NCBI RefSeq assembly: GCF_004010195.1
Contig: NC_057756.1
Span: forward strand, 7,670,473-7,723,492
Source: Chiloscyllium plagiosum
Taxonomy: Eukaryota
Length of the DNA: 53,020 bases
Reading direction: 5' to 3'
Every line of letters begins with the position of its first letter. Position 1 is the stretch's first letter. Positions 1 through 13,790 of the stretch are shown in pieces. A program made the translations under genes and the position numbers. The notes beneath the pieces were generated by a model. The model was not told the origin of the DNA. It saw only the letters and a list, made by a program, of their open reading frames with translations, and ran no database searches.

Positions 1-880
1 GACCTCAAACTCACTGTCTCGCCTTATGTTCCATATATCTTGATTCGCCTCAGTCCAAAGAATCTACCGATCTCAGTTTTAAATTCACAGGGGCACAGAG
101 TACTCCAAAAAATGTACGACACACTAAGTGAAGGAATTTTCCAAGTCAGTTCTACCTGCTTGACCTAATATCTTGAAAATTCAACCTCTAATGTTTGAAT
201 CTGAAGAAAGACCATCAAGTGAGATAATCCTAAAATGAGACTTGAGTCTATGGGATAATTGAATATGTTGGTTATAGATAACTCGTCCAAAGAGTATGAA
301 ATAGCCCACTTTCCATTTAATTTGTGGTTAATTCTACAATTACCATCTCAGCTTGAAAGCTACACAAACAATCAATGGTAGTTATTATGCTTCGAATTAC
401 CAAAAAACAAGCCTGCAGTTCCATAGTTATTGAATGAGCTTTGCTGTTACAAATCCAGTGCTGGAATTTGCGATCGTTTCTTTAAAGCATGAATCTGTGC
501 AAATAGTCAATTGATTCTACATTAAACCAGCAACACACAAATGCCAAATAAGCTAGAATAAATAAATTCAGACTTTTTGATGTTAATCTAGGGGGAAGTT
601 GTGCTTTCATTTAGATAACAGCGAAGTTGCTATCAGGTTGCAAGAATGAGCAACACAAGGTGCTTTTTTTCAATGTTTTAGGAACATTTCCCTGGAGATT
701 TCTCATCCTTGTTGGNNNNNNNNNNNNNNNNNNNNNNNNNNNNNNNNNNNNNNNNNNNNNNNNNNNNNNNNNNNNNNNNNNNNNNNNNNNNNNNNNNNNN
801 NNNNNNNNNNNNNNNNNNNNNNNNNNNNNNNNNNNNNNNNNNNNNNNNNNNNNNNNNNNNNNNNNNNNNNNNNNNNNNNN

Positions 881-963
881 TCAGTCGCCTGAGGCGGGAA
901 TTGAACCCGGGTCTCTGGCGCTGTGAGGCAGCAGTGCTAACCACTGTGCCACCGTGCCGCCCA
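881..963 (-). mobile_element. HE1-type tRNA-derived SINE, 5' head (remainder in gap 716-880)
   Basis: Reverse complement GGGCGGCACGGTGGCACAGTGGTTAGC...GGTTCAATTCC with pol III A and B boxes. Confidence 0.85.
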
Positions 964-2240
964 CTAATCTTCTGATCATGATTGCGGTGAAGATCCAGAG
1001 GTAAGTGGGCTCCAAGAATACTTACCCATGTTTGGAACAGGCAGATGTGAAAGGCTTTATGGCATGAAGTTTTCCCCATATGTAGAACTGTACCTGCAAC
1101 TGGGTTATTCTGGAGATTATATTATATTGATATTAACACTGCGCTATGAATCCAGTGATCCAGATAATGCTCTGTAGAGTCAGGTCTGAATTAAACTTTT
1201 TAAAAATGCATTTTAAAGACTAATTATGGCCATGAGACATAACATTTTCAATTGTTGCACATACCCATCTGATTCACTCATTGCCTTTAGGGAAAGTTAT
1301 CGGCAAAGTTTACCCAGTCTGGCCAAATGTAACCCAACCCAATATGTGAATGACTCTTTCCTGCCCTCTGAGCAATTAAGGATAGACAGTAAATGTCAAC
1401 TTAACCAACGATGACAACATTCCATAAATAAATGAAAATATAAGCCGAAATTGTATCTGAGCTGATATTCATGTAGCAGTGAGTTAATGGAAACCAAGTC
1501 CATATAATTAAAAATTTTTAAAAAGTCGCATTTTTGTGTAGACTTAATTGGTAAGACAACTATCCATTCTACCAACAATAGCAAAAGGCTGCAATAATTG
1601 CTTACATTTTTGCTTTGGATTGTCTCATTCATTGTAACAGAAATATAATTTCAAATATGAATCTATCATCTAGAGTGATGATGGGAAATGCAGGTGGAAA
1701 GCATGAGGGACGTTGTCTTTCATACATGACAATAAATATGCAAAGACTGCCTTCTGCACAAGACATTGTGAAAAGTCCCATTTACTTTACCAGTTCAAAG
1801 TCCCCTCCCCATCATCTCAAATGTATATACTCAACACCAATAAGCTGCCCCAAAGAAATAGAAAAACTGATCGACTATCACCGAGAGATCTTTGTTAGCT
1901 CCATTTATATTAAATGAATTCTCTGGCTGTTTTTTGAGCTGGAGTCAGAGACTCCATTTTTTGAGGGAAGATGCATAGTACCTTGACCGTGCAAACATGG
2001 GGATGTGGGGTCACTTGCAATAAATTAAGTTAGCCTTAAAAATATCCCATAACCAGTGTTCACTTGGCTAATTGCTTGCTGAAAGAAACAGAAAGTACGC
2101 TCCAGTCTGGAGATAATGACATTGTATAATTTTTAAACATTGTGCCTGAGTTCGAGTGACTCATATAAGTAGAAGCTTGCAAACAGCTTCCACCCTAACA
2201 AACCCACTTAGAATCCTTTATGTTTTAATAAGATTACCTC

Positions 2241-2505
2241 TGCAAGGTTTGTGAAGGTTTGTCGCTCAAGTTGAGGTTTCGGGTGTAGGTTTGCTCGCTG
2301 AGCTGTAGGTTTGATATCAAGACGTTTCATTAGCTGGCTAGGTATCATCATCAGTGGCGAAAGATATCCTGGAGAAAGATATAAATAGAAAGTAGGAGAC
2401 AACAGCTTCGCTTCACTTGGAGGTCGCCACTGATGATGTTACCTAGCCAGGTAATGAAACGTCTGGATATCAAACCTACAGCTCAGCGAGCAAACCTACA
2501 CACTA
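2241..2505. mobile_element. Palindromic Penelope-derived short element with two opposed hammerhead motifs
   Basis: Inverted arms ~2283-2360 and 2424-2501; flanking direct repeat aagattacctc (2230-2240, 2506-2516). Confidence 0.75.
2427..2466 (+). ncRNA. Minimal type I hammerhead ribozyme motif
   Basis: CCA CUGAUGA U GUUACCU-agcc-AGGUAAU GAAA CG UC UGG: conserved core, stem II, short stem I. Confidence 0.7.
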
Positions 2506-2609
2506 AAGATTACCTCACATTCTTCAAAACTCCATTGGTAGGGATACCACCATTCCAAACTTTCCTGATAAGACAACTGTCTCATCCTTGACACATTTTC
2601 TTCTTTTTC

Positions 2610-2910
2610 AAATATTCATTCACAAATGTGGGCATCTCTGGCAGCATTTATTGCTTAATTACCCAGAAACAGTTGATAGTCAATCATATTGCTTTAAGTC
2701 TGGAACACGCATAAACCGGACCAAGTCAGGATGCTAGATTTCCTTCCCAAAATGATGTTAATGAATTGGATCGATTTTCCCAAAAGTTGTCTCATGCTCA
2801 TCATGAGACGCCTCGCACCAACTTTTGTACTTTTTTTCATCATCTACCTTCTGCAAGGTTTGAACCCAGATGAACAGAAAACTGCCTGGGTTACCAGCTT
2901 AGCGATGAGA
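2610..2910 (-). mobile_element. Old SINE, second family (degenerate)
   Basis: Similar to 17380-17730 (attcattcac...gcagcatttattgc...tttccttccc). Confidence 0.5.
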
Positions 2911-3414
2911 GCAAGAGGTGATTGCATTCCATGTTTGTTGTTCAATACTTGCTTATGAATCTGTATAAGGTTAAGCTTGCTTTACACAGAGAATGTTATT
3001 GAAATAAGAGAGATTGATACATATGGGTTAACAGTAAACATGCTATGACTATTTTTAAGTATGTTCTTGAAAGCTTTTAACAATGTTTTTGTGAGCAGGA
3101 AGGAAATGAATGGCATTGATTTGGTCCCCGCAACTTGTTCAGTCCCGCAGGTACTTAACACGGAGGTAAGTCAGGATGGAGACTTTGACCTGCTCCAGAA
3201 GGAGATGGTCACATGATTTTATATATTGCTCTTGTACAATTTTAATTGCACATAATGAGAATTCCAGAGAATACTGAAGAACCGTGTTTGGAGGAGCTTT
3301 TAAAGCACGGCCTCATCGTTTCAGTCCACCAGCTGGGAGTGACCCCAGATGTTTTCATGGATACCTTCTGTACCAGGGATCTCTGATCAAATCAAAGTTG
3401 GTCATGCAGTTGTG

Positions 3415-5540
3415 GAATCACACAGCATGAAAGCAGAACGTTCAGACAAACTAATTCCCACTGACCATGTTTCCAAACTAACTTGGTTTCATCTGCCTGC
3501 ATTTGGCTCATGACCATGCAAACCTATCTATTCAAGAACGTATCCAATTTCAAACAGTGCAGCTGTACCATCATCCGTCACACCTTCTGGAAGTTCGTTT
3601 CACAGAGGAACCACTGTCTGTCTACAAAAAAAAGGCCCCTCATGGCTTTTTAAAAACTCTTCTCCTCTCACCTTAAACATATGCTTCCTAGTTCAGAACA
3701 CACCAACCTTTGCGAAAAGACACCTGCCATTCACCCTAACTATTTCCTTCATGATTTCATAAATCTCTGCACAGTCACCCCACAATCTCCTACAATCCAG
3801 TGGGAAAAGATCCAACCAATAGAGCCTATTGTTACAACTCAAGCCCTCCATTCCCTACAACACGCTGGTAAATCTTCTTCTGAAACCTCTCAAGTTTGAA
3901 AATATCCTTCTTACAAACACGCTGAACAGAACTGCACACAGTACTCCACATGTGGCCTCACCAAAGTCCTGTTCAAACTCCGTGTGTTGTCCCAATTCCG
4001 ATACTCAAACGTCTGAGCAATGAAGGCAAACATGACAAACACCTTTGTAACAACCCTGCCTACCTATGAAGCAAACTTCTAAGAATTATGTACTCGAACC
4101 TCTAAGTCTCTCTGTTATACAACACTACCCAGGGCTCTATCGTTAGTTGTATAAGTCCTTAACACAAATTTAGCTCCATATACCACTTCTCAGTCCATTG
4201 ATCTAGTTGATCAAGATCTGTTTCTAATCTTAGATAACTTTCTTCACTATCTACCACCAGTTTTAGTTTAATCCACAAACTTACTAAACATGCCTGCTAT
4301 ATTCACATCCAAATCCTTTATATAAATGACAAACAAAAGCGGACCCAGTGCTGATCGCCCTGCAACATGGCTGGTCACAGGCCTTCACTCCAAAAAACAA
4401 CAGTCTACCACTTTTCTCTGCCTTCGACTGCAAAACCAATTCTGTATTCAATTGGCATGCTCACTCTGAATCCCATGTGATCTAATTCTACTAATTAGTC
4501 TGCCATGCAAACCAAATCAAAGGCTTTGCTGAAGTCCAACTAAGCAACGTCTACCCCTCTAGTTTCATCAATCTTGTTGGTTACTTCCTCAAAAAACTCA
4601 ATCAAACGTGTGAGACATGATTTCCCTCGAATACAACCACAAATGATTAGGCCTAAAGCTAATCATTCCTTTCTTCGACAAATACATGTAAATCCCAATT
4701 CTCAGAATATCATCCGAACACGTATCCACCACTAATATCAGACTAATAGGTCGGCGATCCCATGGTTTTCCTCACAGCCTTTCTTAAATAAAGGCCCATC
4801 ATTAGCACCCTTCCAGTTGTCTGGCACCTCACCCACAGTTATAGATGATAAGAAGTCTTTCTGCTGGGGCTTGGTAATTTCTTCCCTAACTGTCCTGGGA
4901 TATACTTGATCAGGTCCCGGAGATTTATCCATCCTTGTATTTTCTACGACTGCCACCATTTCAACTTTTGAAATGTGAACTATTTCAAAACATAATATTT
5001 ATTTCCCTGAGTTATCTAGCCTCCATTTCTTTTCTGCAGTAAAAACTGAAGTGAATTATTCGTTTAATATCTCTCCCATCTCCTGAGATTCAACACAAAG
5101 ATGACCTCATTGATCGTTAAGGGTCCCTAATCTCTCTGTCGTTGTGCTTAATGTACTTGTAGAATCATAGAATTTCTACAGTGTGGAAGCATGCCGATCA
5201 AGTTCACACCAACTTTCTAAAATACATCTCACTCAGACTACGCTATATATCCTGAACATTCCAGCCAATTTAGCATGATGAATCCACATAACCTGCGCAT
5301 GTTTTGACTGTGGGAGCAAACCCATACAGAGATGGGGAGAATGTGCAACCTCCACATAGACAGACACCTCAGGGTGGAATCAAAGCAAGGTCCCTGGTCC
5401 TATAAGACAGCACTGCTACTCACTGAACCATCGTATCACCCCGTGTAGAATCTCTGGATTGCCCTTAACCTTATCTGTCAAGGTTACCACATATCGCCTC
5501 TTTACCTTCCTGACTTCCCTCTTAAGAATGCCCCGACATA
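3415..5540 (-). mobile_element. Decayed CR1-clade LINE ORF2 and 3' end, interrupted by a SINE
   Basis: Minus-strand DKSPGPDQVYPR, VPDNWKGAN, PLFKKG motifs of CR1 RT; many stops. Confidence 0.85.
5165..5440 (-). mobile_element. HE1-type SINE (degenerate)
   Basis: Similar to the other SINE copies (gactgtggga...tgcaa.ctccac.agacag). Confidence 0.7.
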
Positions 5541-5659
5541 AGGCAATAAGATCATAAGACATAGAAGTGGAGGAAAGGCCATTCGGCCCATCTACTTCAT
5601 TCTGCCATTTAATCATGGCTGATGGGCATTTCAACTCTACTTATCTGCACTATAAGAAT

Positions 5660-8115
5660 GTGAAGATAAAAAGGTTTAAGGACGCATTTAATGCATAAAG
5701 GAATAATAATAACAAAAGAAATCAGAAAGAGTATCTCAAATACTGTAACAAGGAAGTCCAGGGTGAAGCATGAGGAAAGTATGGCAGATTGCACTAAATC
5801 AAGTAATAAACTGTGCTTCAACCTTTGTAAAATAAAAGATTAGTGGAAATTAGATTGGGGCGCAGAAGCAACAAGCAGGGTAAGCTGCTCATTGAATCAA
5901 AGGGTATAATAGAGTTGCTAAATTACTGAATTGTTTCTAGCTTTATCAAATTAGAAATTGTTGACAATGGCCCAGTTGAGAATGTGGGTGATTAGCAACT
6001 GAGCAATATAGTGACAATTAAGGAAGAGGCGCAGAAATGCTGTAGCATACCAGGTAGCGATTTCATCCCATATTGACGAAAAAGGAAACAAATCAAATTG
6101 TGAAGCCATTGTTAGAACTTTTATAGGCCTCTCCGAAGCCAGGGTTAGTCCCAATGGGATTGCAGTATTGCAAATGTAAAATCATTGTTTTATAAAAGTG
6201 GCACAGAAAACCCAAGATCTATAAGCTTGACCTGTAAGCTTGATATCAATTGTGGGAAAAGTGATGGAGACCGCAGTAAGATGTAAGGAATGCGTTAACC
6301 TTGAGACAAAATATGTTAATGCCAGACAGTCAACATGGCTTTGTCAAGGGCAGTTCAGTTGTGTGGCTACTTTTAGAATCGTGCATACAATTTTGATCGC
6401 CCTTCGACAGGAAAGATGTCTATTATGCAGTAAAAGATTTTAATGGATGCTTCTGGGACTGGACGATTTGAGTTCGAGGGAGAGGCTTAATAAGCTGATG
6501 TTTCTTTCCCTGTAGCATCGGAGGCTGAGTGACTGACCTTATAGAGGTTTATAACATCATGAGGGGCATGGATCGGATGAATAGCCAAGCTCTTTTTCTT
6601 TGGGGGGTGGGGGGAGTTCGTAATTAAAGGGTACAGGTATAAGGTGATACGGAAAATGTTTAAAAAGGATCTGAGGAGAGACCTTTTCAGGCAGACAGTA
6701 GCGCGTGTGTGCAACAAACTAGCAGAGGAAGTGGTGAAGGCTGCTACATTTACAATATTTAAACGTTATCTGAATGTGTATATGAATAGGAAAGGTTGAG
6801 AGAGACATGGGCCAAATATTTACAAATGGGACTCCGTCAGATAGCGATGTCTGGTCAGCATGGATGGGTTAGACAGTGCTGTATGACTCTATGAATCCAC
6901 GCCTGATATTTAATTGAGTTCTTGGATGAGGAGCCACAGATCAAGGATAAGGGTAATTCTGTTGATGTTATGTATTTGGACTTTCAGAAATTATGAGATA
7001 AGGTCTTACACGTTAGATTGGTTAGCAAATTAGAAATATTTGGGATGGATTGATTTTTGGCAGCATTGTTTAGACGTTGCCTGAAAGATAGGTACCACAA
7101 AGTACATATGAATGGGCATTTCTCAGAGTGAAGATGAGCTGAATGTGTTCGTCACTGGGATTGGTATGGGGACCCTTGCTCTTTATCATTTGTATACAGA
7201 GAAGGACTTTGAGAATGAAGACTCTATATTTGCAGATGATAATATGCGAGGGAGAATAACGACTTGTGAGCATGACACTGAGTGACATCAGAGGGATATT
7301 GATAATTTGGCCAAATGGCATACATCTGCCAGACGAATTGCAAAGGAGAAACTTGTGATGGACTGCATTTTGGAAGGAAAAGAAATAGAGACAAGACAGG
7401 CTAAAATGGTGTGACTTTGAGGGGAGTACAGGAACAGAGGGACACTGGGTTCACGTGCATAGTTCTCTGAATTGGGGCAGGCAGGTAGAATCAAACGTTA
7501 AGAAGGCTAAAAGAAAACTTGAGTTGATAAATACAGGCAGAGAGTACAACAGCAAGGAAGTGATGTTGCATGTCGACAAATCATTGGCCAGATTACATTT
7601 GAAGTATTGTGTTCCGTTCTGGGCACCTTATTTAATGAAGGATATTATGGCCCTGAAGAAGGTGTAAAGGAGATTTACTAGAACAACACCACAAATGAGT
7701 GGTGGTAGATGCAAGGGAAGATTTTTAAAAATGGCTTATTTTCGTTTGAACAGAGAAGATTAAGACGTAACCTCATTGATAGGTTTAAAATTGCGAACAA
7801 TTTTGGCAGGTAAAGAAAAATTCTCGGTTTCCACTAGTTGGTTATATCAGTAAATATGGCTCATAATTTCAAAATTTTTAGCAAGAAACCATCAGTGAGA
7901 TCAAGAGAACTTCTTGTCTTAGAGCATTGTTAGGTTGTGGAATGTTCTGCCTGGCAGAGTGGTACAGGCAGATTCCAGATCTTTCAACAGAGCACAATAG
8001 ATATTGAGAGGGCTACGCAGATACGGATGGAGAATTAGACTAGCTAGTTAGCTCTTTCAGGAACCAGTACTACGTTAATGGGTCAATGTCATACTTCTGT
8101 ACTGGAAAGTTCTGC
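5660..8115 (+). mobile_element. Old CR1 LINE ORF2 with a second CR1 3' fragment nested at ~6390-6895
   Basis: Degenerate YLDFQK, FADD and HLKYCVPFWAPY motifs; two CR1 3' ends. Confidence 0.75.
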
Positions 8116-8599
8116 GGACTAGAGTGTAATCATGATAATTCTAATTTTGCGTCACTGCAAGTGCAAAGACAGTGCAACTTGGAACACAACCTGTGATACT
8201 TTCAGATTCTGCAATGGAATTATAAAGAAGTTAGATTTATAATGTACTTCCTATTGCAAAGAATCTCTGGAGCTTGATTTGGACAAAAACGTCAAATGAC
8301 AGAACTGACAATGAAAATGCTTATTGCACCGAATTTCCAAAAATATTTTAGTTACTTAATTTGCTAAGGTACATTTTGAGACATTTTGACATAAAAGCTG
8401 CAGAAGTTGAAAGAATATCAAACAGAAAAATCCACTCTAAGACACCGCAATAAAATTTCAATTTCACAGTATCAATTCCTTGTCAGGTATAATGCTCAAG
8501 GGATTCATCACAATTCCCAATCATTTGAGTTAGTGAGCTTGAAATGGACTCTCGACAGTGAAATTTCTCCATTGCAGGTCTGCACGAGGATTTGATAAC

Positions 8600-8940
8600 C
8601 CTTCAGTAATTAACCCCAGACCTTGGAATTACCAGTCTGCAGCACTAATATGGGAGAACTCTCTACTCTGGATGATGAACAGGATTTGGCCGCCCAAATT
8701 CCATGTTGCAACAGGCTTATAATTCCCTTGCTGCAGTTGCATTTCAATCAGTGTATACTTGAGAACGGTCCATGGAGCGCAAAAGCCTTCATCAATGAGG
8801 TGTGCATGATGAACCTCAATAATCATCACTGCGTCTCACCTTTCCAAAGGCACATTCCACAAGGAGTGCATAATAGTTTCTTCCCCTTGAGCCACATTAA
8901 ATGCATTGTGAGAATGTAGTGAGACTCACAACATGCAGGA
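8600..8940 (-). mobile_element. Decayed Tx1/L1-clade LINE ORF2 C-terminal (zinc-knuckle) fragment
   Basis: Frameshifted minus-strand C..C...EET..LLVECAF..LLRFI pattern. Confidence 0.5.
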
Positions 8941-9779
8941 AGGATCTAGTAGACTGTCTGACTATTTCCCACATTGTGCCTTACTGTGGCTGAAATTCCT
9001 AGCCATTCTGGATATAACTCGGAGAATTTTCTCTTTGAAATAATCTCACAGGACCAACCGTCTTCCCCTTCCATCTCACTCTTCTCTATGGGTCCTTTAT
9101 ACTGTACAACTCACTTTTCTATATCATGACACATTTCTTGATTGTCTGGGTACGTTATAGTGTATTATTAAACCAATGTGGTATCTTTATACACAATCGT
9201 AGATTAAACCTTTCTCTTTCTCATTTTCCTGCACAGCTACTTTATCTGGTCATGTCCATATCTCCCATTAACGTATCCGTGTATATGTAAAAGAATGTAT
9301 ATACTTCCCTGGTCCTGAATCACCAATCTGCAGAGTCGCCCTCCTCTACCACCTTGACTCAGCTCTGCAGGGACATTACGTTGTACTCCCTTCACTGCAG
9401 GGACAAGTCAAAAAATTCTATCTGTCACCTTATCTAACCTTGACATTTTTTCTAATGTAGAGCCATGTTCTGGATGGGAATATGGCTCGTTGAATGTCTA
9501 CATCCGAATTACCTGAAAATGGGTGGGTTCTCTGCTCAAAGGTTAGTATCAGAAACATTTGCAACCCTGAAATTCAACCTGATTAAGGAGACCAATGAAT
9601 TCCCTGCCATCGGATATGGAATGTATCAAGATGGATTCTCCACGTGCAGACAAATGGCGATCAACAAAACCAGAGCAAAACATGGAACTTTAATAGCATA
9701 TTGCTTGGTGTTGTGCTTGAACATTGACTTTTCTAAAATTATTTGCACGTAGTTTGAAATCCTTTTTTGAGAGCATTTG

Positions 9780-10800
9780 ATTTCTAATCCAAAATACAAA
9801 TCTATTTTTCAGAAAGGGAGCACGGATATGGGATTAAATATGAATGCAACTATGAAATGGCTTGCATTGCTTCATTAAAATAAATGTTCATGCAATTCAA
9901 ACTTAATTTCAAAGAGCATTTCTGGACAATACTGGAACAACATGAGTCATGCATTCGAAATCAAGCCCTTTCATTTCCTGAGCCATCAAAATGTGTCTGC
10001 TTTCACTTAAAGCATTCTGTATAACTCTAAACCTCTCTGAAGCTCCCAGAATTGCGGGTGATTGACAGTAGGCTTCAATTGTTTCATACTGGAATTTCTG
10101 ATTATATACTGGAAATACTTCAACTTAAAATTAGAACCTTGGTCAGACTGTATTTCAATTGTTGTCCAAAATGTTTCACACAAATCCAAAGGTAATTTTT
10201 CTCCAATTATATTTTCTACAGCTGTAATCAAATGTATAACCTGTGGAAATCTTGCAACATCCAAGATTGTGGGAATACCGACCACACAAGTCCACACCGA
10301 CCCGCCGAAGCGAAACCCACCCATACCCCTACATTTACCCCTTACCTAACACTATGGGCAATTTAGTATGGCCAATTCACCTGACCCTGCACATCTTTGG
10401 ACTGTGGGAGGAAACCGGAGCACCCGGAGGGTTTCCCTACTACCTGAAATATTTGGCAGAACTGGACAATATCCTTAAGTTGTGTTGACCAGATAAAATA
10501 ATGGTTTATTGATGATTGAGATTACCATCTTGCTCCCTCGTCTGGTACAGAAATTGAATGTGCTACTCGGAATGTCTCCTCACGATATTTTAGGGGTACC
10601 ACTATTGGCTCATTAACTGATCAAAATTTGCCAGCAAGTCTCCGAGGATTTCTTAGTTCCTAATCAGAGTTCCATTTGTAATTTAGCGGCAGTGCAGAGC
10701 ACTTTCATCCTCAGCTGTCTGCGCTAATATATTTAATTTCTGACTGTTCTCCAAGCATATGAAGGCATAGATCTACTTATATAATAATAGAAAAAAAAGG
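9780..10800 (-). mobile_element. Gypsy LTR retrotransposon integrase relic, interrupted by a SINE
   Basis: TILDVARFPQVI...EIQSDQGSNF...HPQ matches the rve integrase core (IxSDQGSNF..YHPQ); outer limits uncertain. Confidence 0.75.
10276..10430 (-). mobile_element. HE1-type SINE fragment
   Basis: caagtccacaccgacccgccgaagc...ggccaattcacctgaccctgcacatctttggactgtgggaggaaaccggag. Confidence 0.85.
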
Positions 10801-11079
10801 TTTTCTTTTCTTTCCTTTTTACAAAACTCTTGAGATCTCTGACACTTCAAAATATCGCCATGTTCCCACAGCACCATTTCTGGCAGAGGTCTGTTCCATT
10901 GTTCCAGCAAGCCAAGTTCCATCAAAGTTTAGCGCAAGCACAAAGAACAACATCTTATTTTTCACTTCAGATCTTGTGGACTCGAGGACTCACCATCAAA
11001 TGCAATCATTTTAGTGCCTGCTTCCATTTTTCAATTTACTTACCCACCCTCACAATCTAGTCCAGTCATGACATCAGTT

Positions 11080-11420
11080 CGTTTCAGCACAAGCTACACA
11101 TTAATTCCTAGTCCTACCTATTATTGTCAATTGTTCAGCTTCACTTCTGTCTTGGCCAGCTATCAATAATACCTTTGTCTGACTGTCTCTTTCTTCTCTC
11201 TCTTTCTGTGTGTGTGTGTGTGTCTCAGGGCTCTGTCTCCAATTTATTCATTTGATTACCCCCCACAAAACAAACTTTGACATAAATACCAATTTCCAGA
11301 GCTGCTATCAGTTCGGATGAAGACTCACCATGCTCGAAATATTAAGGCTACTTCCTTCTCACAGATGCACCCAGACCTATTGAGTTCCACCAGCAATTTC
11401 AGTTTTTGTTTCAACTCTCT
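11080..11420 (+). mobile_element. Degenerate Penelope-type terminal repeat with decayed hammerhead
   Basis: cggatgaagactcaccatgctcgaaat (~11314-11340) followed by cagatgc..cagacct..tgagtt..ccagcaatttc, resembling the other PLE ends. Confidence 0.5.
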
Positions 11421-12246
11421 TAATAATCCTATTCAACTTTCTTGCACTCACAGCAATGCTTACCTTCAGCATTCATTGTTGCAGTTAAAGCTGTAATTTG
11501 ATCTCTGTTACCTTTCTTTGCAATTCCCTTTTAAGATTCATCTCACATACTCCATTGGTTTCCCTTCTAATTTCAAGCATTCCGGTCAAATGTGTCCTGC
11601 TTTATTATAATGGAAACCTTTTCGCCTTCAATTATTCACCTTCAACTTCTGTACCATCCTTTCTGTGTTGAGGAAGAGACATTAGGAGCATCTATCCCAG
11701 TCATCTATTCTTTACCTTAGCTGCTTGCCTCCCTTTGATGCAAATTGCAAACTCCACAACTTAGCTTGTGGCTGTGTTCATTCTCCTGTGTCTTTTGACT
11801 GATGCACTTTCAAATTTTCCATCCATCAGTGCAGTGCAATACACCAGTCAGCAAAGGGTAAACTGCAACACTTTAGTCATAAGATGGACAAACTCCACTG
11901 CAACTCCTCGGCCGCCCCAACCCTTCATGTAAAACCTGACACTTATTTTCTCCAGCTAGTAACCTAAACAGGAAGAAGCAGCATTGCCACGGATCATAGT
12001 GCCAGGAATCAGGAAAAAGGAAGAGTCATAGAGATCAACAGCACAGAAACCGTCCCTTCAGGCCAACACATATGTGCCATGTAAAACCAACCGCCGAGCT
12101 ATTCTAATCCCATTTGGCAACACTTGGCCCTGTGTGGAAATTCATCAAGGACCAAATTCAATTCTCAAAGAACACAAGAAAGACTTAGAACCACATATAA
12201 GATTGACCGTTTGCAGACACAATTAACACATAAAATGGGCAAATTA

Positions 12247-12650
12247 GAACATAGAACATAGAACATAGAACAATACAGCGCAGTACAGGCCCTTTGGCCC
12301 TCGATGTTGCGCCGATCCAAGCCCACCTAACCTATACTAACCCACTATCCTCCATATACCTATCCAATGCCCGCTTAAATGCCCATAAAGAGGGAGAGTC
12401 CACCACTGCTGCTGGCAGGGCATTCCATGAACTTACGACTCGCTGAGTGAAGAACCTACCCCTAACTTCAGTCCTATATCTACCCCCCCTTAATTTAAAG
12501 CTATGCCCCCTTGTAATACCCGACTCCATACGCGGGAAAAGGTTCACACTGTCAACCCTATCTAACCAAGGGAACCCTATCTAACCCCCTAATCATCTTG
12601 TACACCTCAATCAAGTCACCCCTAAACCTTCTTTTCTCTAATGAAAACAC
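12247..12650 (-). mobile_element. Young CR1 LINE 3' end with (catagaa)n tail
   Basis: ORF 12332-12547 TRGHSFKL...FFTQRVVSSWNALP, the canonical CR1 ORF2 C-terminus. Confidence 0.9.
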
Positions 12651-12999
12651 CAAGAAATGAATTCTTTCATTTGGAAAGAGTGAGCAAGACTAAAGGGAAT
12701 TATATCCGATAATGATGAGAAAATGTGTTCCAGGGTAAGTGGAGAATGTGATTGCACCAGGACCCTCTGGCTTTTATTGAAATGTTCTTTTCTAGAAGAA
12801 TGTAGTCAGCAAACTGCAATCAACTATTTTTAATCCTCATACAAAGATTGAGGGTCTGTTTCTGTGCTGTTTAATTCTATCATTGTATGACATTGGAATT
12901 TGACAGAAATCTAACATACGTTGTTCATAGTGGAGTACATTTTGATGTGTCATTCCCCACAGTTTAGTGTTGGCACATTTGCAATTCTTGATATTTACA

Positions 13000-13096
13000 C
13001 GGGTAGCACGGTGGCTCAGTGGTCAGCATTGCTGCCTCACAGTGCCAGGGATCCGGATTCGAATTCAGCCTCGGTTGACTGTATATTCTCCCCGTG
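13000..13096 (+). mobile_element. HE1-type SINE head
   Basis: gcacggtggctcagtggtcagcattgctgcctcacag...gattcgaattc. Confidence 0.75.
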
Positions 13097-13399
13097 TCAT
13101 AACATGACAGATACGACTGCATCCGTTCGCTCGAACTTCAAATAGCTGGGTATTGTTGGAGAAAATATTTCAGTTAATGGTCAGAGTGGAAGTAACTGAG
13201 GTGCTGACCTCAGCATGAAACAACAAACAATTGAAAGTTGCGATTTCGGCGTCGTTATGTGATTGTCCGTATGTGTTTTGGAGGCTTTTCTTAGAGCGCC
13301 ATGCGATCCAATTTAGTGGATAGATGTCTTTCCCGACCGCTATGAACTGTGGGTAGACTATACACCATTATACCACCGCCATCGATACGATTGAATCAC

Positions 13400-13790
13400 A
13401 TGAAACTGACTGAATCAACACGATTTCTCAAAACAGCACGGCATAATTGAAGCTGACTGAAGAAACAGCGATTCCTTAAATAAGAGAAACCTACTCAATT
13501 ACCTGGAAATGACTGAATCGTCTGCAGTTCACAAAACAAAATGAACTGACTGAACGACTTGGAACTAACTGAATGAACATCAGCTCCCAAAGCAATAGCA
13601 ACTAATTGTAACTGACTGATTATAAATCGCTTCCTTAATAACAGGAAGTGACTGAATTAGCTGGAACTGACTGAAGCATCGCTAACCAATTAAATTAACC
13701 AACTGACTGAGCCAATACCAGCTAACTAATATCAATACCAAATGACTGAATCAGTACTAATTGGTTAATCCAATGCCAACTGACTAGTTA
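13400..13790. repeat. Irregular array of about 11 AACTGACTGAA-like motifs with variable spacers
   Basis: Copies near 13404, 13452, 13509, 13544, 13563, 13610, 13648, 13665, 13701, 13741, 13778. Confidence 0.7.

Noticed and set aside
881-963. tRNA gene (also 13000, 24494, 33575)
   Set aside because: tRNA-like heads continue into SINE bodies and tails; no complete cloverleaf.
3151-3165. Possible 15-nt micro-exon (cag|GTACTTAACACGGAG|gtaagt)
   Set aside because: Good splice signals but no partner exons or homology to support it.
13150-13330. Faint resemblance to a decayed Ig V-domain C-terminal half
   Set aside because: Needs several frameshifts and lacks the diagnostic Cys/Trp/Tyr residues.
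13400-13790. CRISPR-like repeat-spacer array
   Set aside because: Repeats are only ~10 bp, degenerate and irregularly spaced; vertebrate context with no cas genes.
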